In this document: positions 55,292 through 64,000 of the stretch, piece after piece
How the letters are laid out: every line of letters starts with the position of its first letter
How positions within the stretch are numbered: position 1 is the stretch's first letter
Assembly: GCA_030059665.1 (NCBI GenBank)
Contig: JANVYR010000002.1
Location: 448,001-512,000, forward strand
Reading direction: 5' to 3'
DNA length: 64,000 bases
DNA from: Candidatus Calditenuis fumarioli
GTDB lineage: Archaea > Thermoproteota > Nitrososphaeria_A > Caldarchaeales > Calditenuaceae
Program-made: the position numbers and the translations under genes
Notes under the pieces: generated by a model
Seen by the model: only the letters and a program-made list of their open reading frames with translations
Database searches by the model: none
Told to the model about the DNA's origin: nothing

Positions 55292-55875
55292 CCCCTGAGG
55301 GCCTGCTCTATCGCGGACTTGAGGGTATCGTAGGGCTGCTCCCCGATGAGCTTGGTGACGATCCTCCCGTCGCTGTCGATGACGAAGTAGGTCGGGGTTC
55401 CCGTGACGCCGTAGAGGGAGAAGACCGACATCCTCTCGTCGTAGAGGGCCGTCCAGCTGACGCCGTGCCTGCTGAGGAAGGACGCGGAGGCCGACGGGCT
55501 GGATCCGGAGCTCCCCATCACCGTTACGAAGACCACTCCCTTCTGGGAGTACTCCTGGTAGAGGCGCTTGATGATGGGCGCCATGTTGTTGCAGTGGGGG
55601 CACCAGCTGAAGGCGAAGTCCAGGAAGACGACGGAGCCCCTCGTCGACGAGAACGTGAACTCCCTATCGGTCAGGCCCTCAGGCGTGATGACCTTGAGCT
55701 TGAAGTCCGGCGCCTCGATCCGTTCACCTGTCGAGGTCTGGGTCGTTGGGCTGACGGGTGCCGGCGGTATCGAGAGGAGGTACACCAAGATTCCCACCAG
55801 CAGCATCGCCGGGACGAACGCGACGGCTATGTACCACCTCGGCTCGCTCTTCGTCCGGCCCTTTTTCTTCGCCAT
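55288..55875 (-). CDS. Membrane-anchored TlpA/DsbA-like thioredoxin
   Basis: WCPHC, GVTGTPT and N-terminal TM; paired with VKOR as a disulfide-formation module. Confidence 0.92.
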   Translation of the reverse strand: MAKKKGRTKSEPRWYIAVAFVPAMLLVGILVYLLSIPPAPVSPTTQTSTGERIEAPDFKLKVITPEGLTDREFTFSSTRGSVVFLDFAFSWCPHCNNMAPIIKRLYQEYSQKGVVFVTVMGSSGSSPSASASFLSRHGVSWTALYDERMSVFSLYGVTGTPTYFVIDSDGRIVTKLIGEQPYDTLKSAIEQALRG

Positions 55876-55988
55876 CTCCCACGTCGAGCCCCAACCGCTC
55901 AAAATATCCTTTTTCCACGCCATCGCACCTTCGCATCGACGCTCCCGGGACCCCTCCCGGCGACCCGACCTCGCAGCGCAGAAACGGG

Positions 55989-56453
55989 ATGACTTTTTCC
56001 CTCAGGCGGAGGGCCTCGTCGCGGATGCCGAGGCTGATCTTCTGCCTGAACGAGGGGACCTTCCTCTCGGAGCCGAGGCACGAGGTGACGTGGGAGGCGG
56101 TGACGGAGCTGGCGTGCGAGCTGCTCTCCGAGAAGCGCGACCTTCTGAGGCGATGGATGCGGCGCCACGTTGCGGCCAAGGACGAGGTCCAGGCCTGGAC
56201 GGAGGCGTACTTCAAGGTCCGTAGCTACGTCCCGAAGCAGCCGGACTTCGACCTCTCCGAGTTCAGGACGCCGTTCGGATACGACCTCGAGCGGCTCGCG
56301 AAGAGGCTGGGAACCGACGTCAGGAGGGCTTCGGTCTTCGTCAGGAAGCTGGACAAGGCGCTGATGCTGGCGGCTGCAGAGGAGGTCCTCGCGGGCATCA
56401 GGCACAGCAACCAGTTCGGCCACAGGATCGAGCTGAGGAAGGTCAGGAGCTGA
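55989..56453 (+). CDS. Hypothetical protein
   Basis: Host-like codon usage; start 55989 or 56025. Confidence 0.6.
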   Translation: MTFSLRRRASSRMPRLIFCLNEGTFLSEPRHEVTWEAVTELACELLSEKRDLLRRWMRRHVAAKDEVQAWTEAYFKVRSYVPKQPDFDLSEFRTPFGYDLERLAKRLGTDVRRASVFVRKLDKALMLAAAEEVLAGIRHSNQFGHRIELRKVRS

Positions 56454-56501
56454 CGCGCTAAGGTTAATCGATCCGCGCCGAGAACGAGGCGGAGGGATGG
56501 G

Positions 56502-57071
56502 ATGAGCGCTCCGGAGCAGGTGATCTACCTGAGCGTGCCCCCCGACAGGATAGCGGTCCTGATAGGCACCGATGGAGGGACCAAGAGGCTGATCGAGGAG
56601 ACCTTCGGAGTGCACTTGAGGGTCGACAGCTCCACGGGCCAGGTCGAGCTGAGGCCGCGTCAGGATCAGGGGATGGGAGATCCGGCGGCGCTGCTGAAGG
56701 CGAGGGACGCGATCGTCGCCATAGGGAACGGATTCAGCCCCGAGAAGGCCCTCCAGCTCTCCAGGGACGACGTGGTGCTCGAGGTGATCGACGTCTCGGA
56801 GCACGTGGGAAAGGACCCCGAGGACCTCAGGAGGGTCATGGGACGGATCATCGGAGCCCAGGGAAAGACCAGGCGGATCATCGAGGAGACGGCGCACGTC
56901 GATCTGGCGATAACGCGCGACAGGGTCTCGATCATCGGGCATCCTGAGGACGTCGACGCAGCGAAGAGGGCCGTCACGATGCTGATAGAGGGGGCGAGGC
57001 ACAGCACGGTTTACAGGTTCCTCGACCAGTACGCCCAGAGGCGGAAGTTCAGCAGGCGCGGGCTCTTCTGA
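56502..57071 (+). CDS. Two-KH-domain rRNA processing protein (Dim2/Pno1 family)
   Basis: VLIGTDGGTK, GRIIGAQGKT and GARHSTVYRFL motifs. Confidence 0.93.
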   Translation: MSAPEQVIYLSVPPDRIAVLIGTDGGTKRLIEETFGVHLRVDSSTGQVELRPRQDQGMGDPAALLKARDAIVAIGNGFSPEKALQLSRDDVVLEVIDVSEHVGKDPEDLRRVMGRIIGAQGKTRRIIEETAHVDLAITRDRVSIIGHPEDVDAAKRAVTMLIEGARHSTVYRFLDQYAQRRKFSRRGLF

Positions 57072-57078
57072 CGGCTCC

Positions 57079-57459
57079 TCACCCTGAGAGCCTCAGGTTG
57101 TGGCTCTTGAGGCGGAGGATCTCGACGTTGACCACGTTGGGCTCCATCGACGCCTCATCCCCGAACTGGTAGGTGCCCCGGAGCCTGTTGACGTGGACGA
57201 ACCTCGCGCTGAGCTTCTCCCTGAGCCTGACGAAGTAAACGCTGACCGTCCCTCCCAGCCCGCCAAGGGCCACGAAGAGGGTTCCATCGCTCTCGGAGTA
57301 GTTGACGAACGGTGCCGGCAGCATCGAGGCCAGCCGGAAGAGGTCACCCGGATCCGCCAGCTCGAAAAGCAGAACCCTCTGAGCTCCCTCCTCGCCCACG
57401 GACCTAATCCCTCCCCGACGCATATTAAAGTTGCACGGACGTCCAGGCGACGTCCGCAC
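57079..57459 (-). CDS. Hypothetical protein
   Basis: Fills the intergenic gap with a plausible alpha/beta sequence; start uncertain. Confidence 0.55.
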   Translation of the reverse strand: MRTSPGRPCNFNMRRGGIRSVGEEGAQRVLLFELADPGDLFRLASMLPAPFVNYSESDGTLFVALGGLGGTVSVYFVRLREKLSARFVHVNRLRGTYQFGDEASMEPNVVNVEILRLKSHNLRLSG

Positions 57460-57549
57460 AGGTCAGCGAAGGGAGAGGGTGGGATTCCCTGACCCGGGTC
57501 CTGCTGGAGGCGGTTGAGGTTTATCTCAATGCGGGAGGGGCAAGGAGGC

Positions 57550-57828
57550 GTGAAGGTCCCCGAGGCGATCAACACGTACTGCCCCAAGTGTAACGCTCAC
57601 ACCGAGCACAAGGTCTCCCTCTACCGGAAGGGGAAGGAGAGGGCGCTCGCGATAGGAGCCCGGAGACACGAGAGGGAGCTCCACGGCTACGGAGGCCAGA
57701 AGTACCCGATCCAGCGTAACAAGGCCAAGACGACCGAGAAGAAGACGCTCGTACTTACCTGCAACAAGTGCGGCCGCAAGGTCATGCGGGAGGGCGTCAG
57801 GCTCAGGAAGCTCGAGATCGTGAGGTGA
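57550..57828 (+). CDS. rpl44e: 50S ribosomal protein L44e
   Basis: TYCPKC...GYGGQKYP...KTTEK..L.LTCNKC. Confidence 0.96.
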   Translation: MKVPEAINTYCPKCNAHTEHKVSLYRKGKERALAIGARRHERELHGYGGQKYPIQRNKAKTTEKKTLVLTCNKCGRKVMREGVRLRKLEIVR

Positions 57829-58040
57829 GGCCCCTGTCCTCGAGGATCGATCCGGCATCGCTGGTCCCATCTCCGAGGTCGAGGTTCCTCCTGGTCAGCT
57901 GCCAGAGCTGCGGCAACCGGCAGGTGGTGTTCGACCACGCCAAGATCGTGGTGAAGTGCCTGGTCTGCCAGGAGCCGCTGGCCCTTCCTCGGGGAGGGAA
58001 GGCGAAGATACTGGGTAAGGTCGAGGCGGTCCTCACTTGA
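57825..58040 (+). CDS. rps27e: 30S ribosomal protein S27e
   Basis: PRSRFLLVSCQSCGN.QVVFDHA...CLVC...PRGGKA. Confidence 0.95.
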   Translation: MRPLSSRIDPASLVPSPRSRFLLVSCQSCGNRQVVFDHAKIVVKCLVCQEPLALPRGGKAKILGKVEAVLT

Positions 58041-58046
58041 GGGAAA

Positions 58047-59304
<1,258 letters not shown>

Positions 59305-59317
59305 CGAACCCGCACCG

Positions 59318-59560
59318 CTAACCGCTCAGCTCTGCACCGAGGAAGTAGGGGAGGGTCTTGGCCTTCTCCACGAACCACCTGATCTTGCCCTCCTTGCCCG
59401 ACACGACGATGGTCCCCCTCAGCGCGTCGCCCTCCCTCCTCAGCTCCATCCGCTCGACCGTCAGACCTCCCTGCTTCAGCAGAAGGGTGGCCTTCAGGAG
59501 GGCCTCGTTGCTGGGCCTCAGCGTTACCGTCACGACCCGGGTCGTTTCCTGCGACAGCAC
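59318..59560 (-). CDS. ACT-domain protein (IlvN-like)
   Basis: VVTVTLRPSNEALLKATLLLKQGGLTVE pattern; start GTG 59560 inferred from TTTAAT upstream. Confidence 0.6.
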   Translation of the reverse strand: MLSQETTRVVTVTLRPSNEALLKATLLLKQGGLTVERMELRREGDALRGTIVVSGKEGKIRWFVEKAKTLPYFLGAELSG

Positions 59561-59665
59561 GTCCGTAGGGCTCCACCCCCACATTAAAGCTTGCCCGCGG
59601 GATCGGCGGGCCCTCCGCAAGGCCTACGGTTTGGGTTTTTAACAGGCGCGAAGAGGTGGTCCACG

Positions 59666-60385
59666 ATGGCCGAGCAGGGCGAGGTGCAGGCGGCGCCGGC
59701 GGTGGAGAACGGGAGCTTCGTCCTGGTCGATTACGTGATAACCGCCAAGGAGACGGGGGAGCTCGTCGACACGACGCTGGAGGAGAAGGCGAAGGAGAAG
59801 GGCGTGAGCGGGGCTGGCGCGCTTTTCGAGCCGAGGCTCGCCGTGATAGGGAAGGGGATGCTGCTGAGGGCGCTGGAGGAGGAGATGATAGGGATGCGGG
59901 AGGGCGAGCACAAGGTGGTCGTGATCCCGCCCGAGAGGGCCTTCGGTCCGAGGGACCCGAGCAAGGTCAAGGTGATACCGATCAGGAGGCTGAAGGACCT
60001 CGACCAGCCGATAACTGTGGGGACGAGGCTCGTCGTGGACGGAAGGGAGGGCGTCGTGAGGAGCATCGAGTCTGGCAGGGTCCAGGTCGACTTCAACCAC
60101 CAGCTGGCCGGGAAGACCCTCGAGTGCGAGGTCTGGGTGAGGAAAATCATCACCGACGACGCCGAGAAGGTGCTGTCGCTCCTCCACTCGCACGTCCCCG
60201 AGGCGAACAGCAGCAACACGGAGGTCAAGATCGAGGGCGGGGTTGTAACCATCAAACTTCCGAAGGAGGTCTTCAATTTGCCGGGGCTGCAGGTCGTCAA
60301 GAGGTCGCTCGTGAGGGAGGTGGCCGACTCGATAAAGGACGTCAGGAAGGTCGTCTTCGTCGAGGAGTGGGAGGTACAGACCTGA
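59666..60385 (+). CDS. Long-type FKBP peptidyl-prolyl isomerase (SlyD-like)
   Basis: VLVDY, IPPERAFGPRD and DFNHQLAGKTL motifs. Confidence 0.93.
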   Translation: MAEQGEVQAAPAVENGSFVLVDYVITAKETGELVDTTLEEKAKEKGVSGAGALFEPRLAVIGKGMLLRALEEEMIGMREGEHKVVVIPPERAFGPRDPSKVKVIPIRRLKDLDQPITVGTRLVVDGREGVVRSIESGRVQVDFNHQLAGKTLECEVWVRKIITDDAEKVLSLLHSHVPEANSSNTEVKIEGGVVTIKLPKEVFNLPGLQVVKRSLVREVADSIKDVRKVVFVEEWEVQT

Positions 60386-60410
60386 AAGGCCGAGCAGCGG
60401 TGAGCCGGTC

Positions 60411-62399
60411 TTGCGCTCCCTTCTCGTACCGGTCCTGGTCTTAGCCCTGACCATCGCGGCCCTCTCGATCCCCTCGCACGCCGCAAGGCTACCGCAGAGC
60501 GACTCGCTCTCGGTCGTCGACTGGTACTGGGGGAGTCCTGGGGTGAAGGTCGATGCGGGTCCCGGCGACGAGCGGATGCCCCTTACGGTCGTCCTCATCA
60601 ACACGAGGAAGGAGGTGGTCTTCGGCGTCGCTGCGGAGCTCAGGCTCTCCGGCCCCTTCAGATCGTCCGACGGATCGGCAACGCCCGTCGCATACTCTCC
60701 GGCCCCCGCGAGGAGCGGTGACGCGGTCTACCTCACGTTCGAGCTCGACGTCTCACCCGATGCCTCCCCTGGAACCTACGATCTCGAGGTTCTGGTGAGG
60801 TACAACTACGTCGACAAGAACGGAGACGTCGCCTCCTCGACCTTCACGGAGCCGATCGAGCTGGAGCTGAAGGCGAACCCTGGCATGCCCGAGCTCCTCG
60901 ACGTCGACTGGGCCTCCGGCGTTCCTCCGGAGTACGGCTCCTTGGGCCGACTGACCGTCTCCCTCGCGTTCAGGGAGAGGCTGCCGATCAACCGCCTCTC
61001 CGCCGAGCTCGAGCTCCCGGATGGCCTCAGGGGTCCAGACGGAGGGGCCGTCGTCACATCTGTGGCGGGACCGGCCGCCGGCACAGTCTACGCTCTCGGA
61101 TTCGATCTGGTGCCGCAGAGGAACGCGCCGACGAGGGCCAAGGCGACGCTCAGGGTGGAGTACGTGCTCGAGTGGGGGACGAAGAGGAGGTTCGATTACC
61201 CGATCGAGATACCCCTTAGGGGGAGGCCGGGGATCGAGGTGAGGGTGGAGCCTAGGACGCTCATCGCGGGGACCGTCAACCCCCTCAGGCTTGAGGTGGG
61301 CAACGCGGGGACCGAGGCGCTCAGGGGCGTCACGCTGAGCATATCAACCGCACCGGGCTCTCCGCTGACCCTGCTCAAGGGCTCGAGGGTCGAGCTCCAG
61401 TCGATCGGCGTGGGAGAGCTGGTGGTCCTCGAGGATCTCGTGGAGGTCTACGCCTCTCCAGGCGCTACCGAGGGACCTGTGACGCTCACGCTTAGGGCCG
61501 AGTACTTCGACTCCTCGGGGACGAGGCGGGTGGAGGTCCTGGACGTCGGGCTTGCGCTGACGCGGCCTGTCCGGAACGGGTTCGAGCTGGACTTGGGTGG
61601 GAACGCCTTGACGCTCGGGAGGGAGGGTGAGCTGAGCTTCAGGCTCCGGAACGTCTCAGGCGGCGAGGTGTCAGACGTAGAGGTGGTCGTCTCGGCAGCT
61701 CCTCCCCTGACGCTCCTCAGCTCTGGGATCTTCAGGGCCGATGCGGTACCGGCCGACGGCGTCCTCGAGTTCAAAGCACGAGTTATCCCATCGCCGACAG
61801 CCTCGGAGGGAGTTTACAGGGTCGCGGTCACGGTCACGTACAAGGACCGATACGGCCGCTTGCTCACCGAGAGCAGGGAGGTCGGGGTGCTTGTTAAGGG
61901 CCTGGTGTCCCTGAAGGTCTTCAACCTGGACGTCCTCACCGAGGACCCTGCCTCTAGGCTCTTCTCGGTGACGGGCGACCTGCTGAACGAGGGCCTCACC
62001 ACCTCGAGGACCGTGTGGGTGGAGCTGAGGGGAGACGACGTGGCCTCCTCGACGCCGTCGTACCTGGGAGACGTCCAGCCGGGGGAGCAGAAGTCGTTCT
62101 CCGTCGAGGGCAGGCTCAGGGGCGATAGCGGTCGGGTGCTGCTGGTCTTCACGTACAGGGACAGGTTCGGCGAGGTTTCGGAGTACTCGGTGCCGGTATC
62201 CGTGAAGATCGAGGGCAGCGCTGCCCGTTTCGAGACGACGCAGACCACCACCGTCACCGCTCGAACCTCATCTGAACTCTCCTACGCGTTCGGCATCGCG
62301 GGATGGGCCGCATTCATAATCAGCCTCGCGTACCTCCTGCTGGTGGCAAGGAGGAGAGGTGGACATGGACGGGGACCGGAAACCGCTGATCAGGCTTGA
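60411..62399 (+). CDS. COG1361-type S-layer domain protein
   Basis: Signal peptide, repeated Ig-like modules (A..G.Y...V.V.Y), C-terminal TM; upstream of a MacB/LolD-type ATPase. Confidence 0.82.
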   Translation: MRSLLVPVLVLALTIAALSIPSHAARLPQSDSLSVVDWYWGSPGVKVDAGPGDERMPLTVVLINTRKEVVFGVAAELRLSGPFRSSDGSATPVAYSPAPARSGDAVYLTFELDVSPDASPGTYDLEVLVRYNYVDKNGDVASSTFTEPIELELKANPGMPELLDVDWASGVPPEYGSLGRLTVSLAFRERLPINRLSAELELPDGLRGPDGGAVVTSVAGPAAGTVYALGFDLVPQRNAPTRAKATLRVEYVLEWGTKRRFDYPIEIPLRGRPGIEVRVEPRTLIAGTVNPLRLEVGNAGTEALRGVTLSISTAPGSPLTLLKGSRVELQSIGVGELVVLEDLVEVYASPGATEGPVTLTLRAEYFDSSGTRRVEVLDVGLALTRPVRNGFELDLGGNALTLGREGELSFRLRNVSGGEVSDVEVVVSAAPPLTLLSSGIFRADAVPADGVLEFKARVIPSPTASEGVYRVAVTVTYKDRYGRLLTESREVGVLVKGLVSLKVFNLDVLTEDPASRLFSVTGDLLNEGLTTSRTVWVELRGDDVASSTPSYLGDVQPGEQKSFSVEGRLRGDSGRVLLVFTYRDRFGEVSEYSVPVSVKIEGSAARFETTQTTTVTARTSSELSYAFGIAGWAAFIISLAYLLLVARRRGGHGRGPETADQA

Positions 62400-63087
62400 G
62401 TCGGTCCAGAAGTTCTACAACTCCGGCGCCTCCCGAGTTCACGCCCTCAGGGGCATCGACCTTACGGTTTGGGAGGGCGACATGATCGCCATCATGGGAC
62501 CAAGCGGCTCCGGCAAGTCGACGCTCCTCAACCTGATGGGCCTCCTCGACCGTCCGACGTCGGGCAGGATATTGTTCAGGGGGAAGGACGTATCGAGGCT
62601 CAGCGACGACGAGCTCTCCCACCTCAGAGGTAGCGAGATCGGCTTCGTCTTCCAGAACTACAACCTGATACCGCGCCTCACCGTGATCGAGAACGTGATG
62701 CTCCCGATGACGCTCGTGAGCAAGGTTCCCGAACAGGAGAGGCGGAGAAGGGCCCTGAAGCTCCTCGAGCAGGTCGGCCTGAGCCACAGGGTCAACCACA
62801 AGGCCGTCCTCCTCAGCGGCGGAGAGCAGCAGCGCGTGGCGATCGCAAGGGCCCTCGCCAACGACCCATCGCTGATACTCGCGGACGAGCCGACGGGGAA
62901 CCTGGACACGAACACCGGCAGACAAATCATGGAGATCTTCAAGGAGCTGAACGAGAGGGGCAAGACTATCGTTATCGTCACCCACAACGTCGAGGTCACC
63001 GAGTACGTTAGGAGGGTGCTGAGGATCAGGGACGGCAGGATAGTCGGGGAGGAGCTGAGGGGGCAGCAGGCCGTCAGGGAATCCTGA
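62359..63087 (+). CDS. ABC ATP-binding protein, LolD/MacB/SalX family
   Basis: [25 protein letters not shown] and ADEPTGNLD motifs. Confidence 0.95.
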   Translation: MDMDGDRKPLIRLESVQKFYNSGASRVHALRGIDLTVWEGDMIAIMGPSGSGKSTLLNLMGLLDRPTSGRILFRGKDVSRLSDDELSHLRGSEIGFVFQNYNLIPRLTVIENVMLPMTLVSKVPEQERRRRALKLLEQVGLSHRVNHKAVLLSGGEQQRVAIARALANDPSLILADEPTGNLDTNTGRQIMEIFKELNERGKTIVIVTHNVEVTEYVRRVLRIRDGRIVGEELRGQQAVRES

Positions 63088-64000
63088 ACCTGCCCCTCTT
63101 CACTCCGTGGGACCTCCTCTCCTCTGCGGTCAGCTCGAAGGCCGCTCTGATGGCTCTCTCATAGGCCTGCGAAGGTGAAAGGCCCCTTCTCGACATCATC
63201 CGCCTGGCTGTCTCGAGGGCGGACTCGAGCTCCAGCTCGAAGAGCTCGCCGACGAGGGGCTTGGCCGACACGGCGAAGGGAGGGACGTCGGAGGTCACGA
63301 ACCCGTAGATGTGGCTGAAGGAGCCCACGGACTTCCCCGAGAAGACGAGGGTCCCTATCGCGGACTTGACGTGGTCACCGATCACGGGCCCCAGGAAGGT
63401 CCTGCCGGTGTCAACCGATGCGCCGCCCAACCTGACGCGCACCGTGCCGTAGGTGTTCTTCAGGTTCGAGACGGTGGTCCCAGCACCGAGGTTGACCCAC
63501 TCGCCGACATAGGAGTGGCCGAGGTAGCCGTAGTGCCTCTTGTTGGAGTATCCCAGGACGACCGAGCTATCCACCTCTCCTCCGACCCTGCAGACGGGTC
63601 CTATGTAGGAGGATGCGACGTTCGATCCCGGAAAGACAATCGTACCGTCGCCGACGAAGCAGGGCCCCTCGATCCTGGAGTGCGACATGACCCTGACGGA
63701 TTCGCCGATGAAGATCGGACCTCTCCTCAGGTCGAGCGTGACGAACGGCTCCAGCACCGATCCGCGACCGATGTGGATCCTCGAACGGTCACCCAGCACC
63801 CTGACCTGCTCGTCCACGTCCCCGAGGATCCTGCCGTCGACCAGCCGGTCCAGCTCCGAGGGGAGCAGCATCTCCGTCACCGGTATGAGGTCCCAGACAG
63901 ACCCGATCCTGAGGAGCCCTCCGACATCGAACTTCTCCTCGAGCTCGTCCGAGAGAGACCTCAGGAGGTCCTTCGCCGTGAAGCCCGAATCGGACCCGGG
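63074..64000 (-). CDS. GlmU-like sugar nucleotidyltransferase/hexapeptide acyltransferase (5' end outside window)
   Basis: Frame is open to base 64000; [35 protein letters not shown] and IGDHVK hexapeptide repeats. Confidence 0.88.
   Translation of the reverse strand, partial: PGSDSGFTAKDLLRSLSDELEEKFDVGGLLRIGSVWDLIPVTEMLLPSELDRLVDGRILGDVDEQVRVLGDRSRIHIGRGSVLEPFVTLDLRRGPIFIGESVRVMSHSRIEGPCFVGDGTIVFPGSNVASSYIGPVCRVGGEVDSSVVLGYSNKRHYGYLGHSYVGEWVNLGAGTTVSNLKNTYGTVRVRLGGASVDTGRTFLGPVIGDHVKSAIGTLVFSGKSVGSFSHIYGFVTSDVPPFAVSAKPLVGELFELELESALETARRMMSRRGLSPSQAYERAIRAAFELTAEERRSHGVKRGRFRIP

Overview
High-GC archaeal chromosome segment. Elf1, L44e, S27e, FBP aldolase/phosphatase, archaeal AspRS, BHB-type tRNA introns and TATA-led leaderless starts point to a TACK archaeon; Aigarchaeota/Caldarchaeales-like is an inference. 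Bases 1-31300 form a visibly AT-richer accessory region downstream of a tRNA-Glu. It holds four membrane-anchored PQQ-type beta-propeller dehydrogenase paralogs, three cupredoxins with different metal-ligand sets, two ABC transporters whose parts are scattered, a PqqC homolog with a remodelled active site and an N-terminally reduced TnpB. Bases 31300-64000 are mostly housekeeping genes, interrupted by a DUF4011 SF1 helicase-nuclease defence gene, an orphan one-spacer CRISPR-like unit and a 1.6-kb element at tRNA-Lys. That element is the top finding. It encodes an IS110/TasR-like RuvC protein lacking the recombinase serine loop. Directly after its stop codon lies a ~110-nt hairpin whose symmetric internal loop carries two 11-nt segments, each framed GCA-N11-AGTGC. 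These match opposite strands of one contiguous 21-bp site in the intron-less tRNA-Lys gene. Both tRNA-Lys copies beside the element lack that intact site: one is split by a 30-nt intron, the other is a mutated 5' fragment. This suggests an RNA-guided, tRNA-homing element with built-in self-immunity; the mechanism is inferred, not shown.
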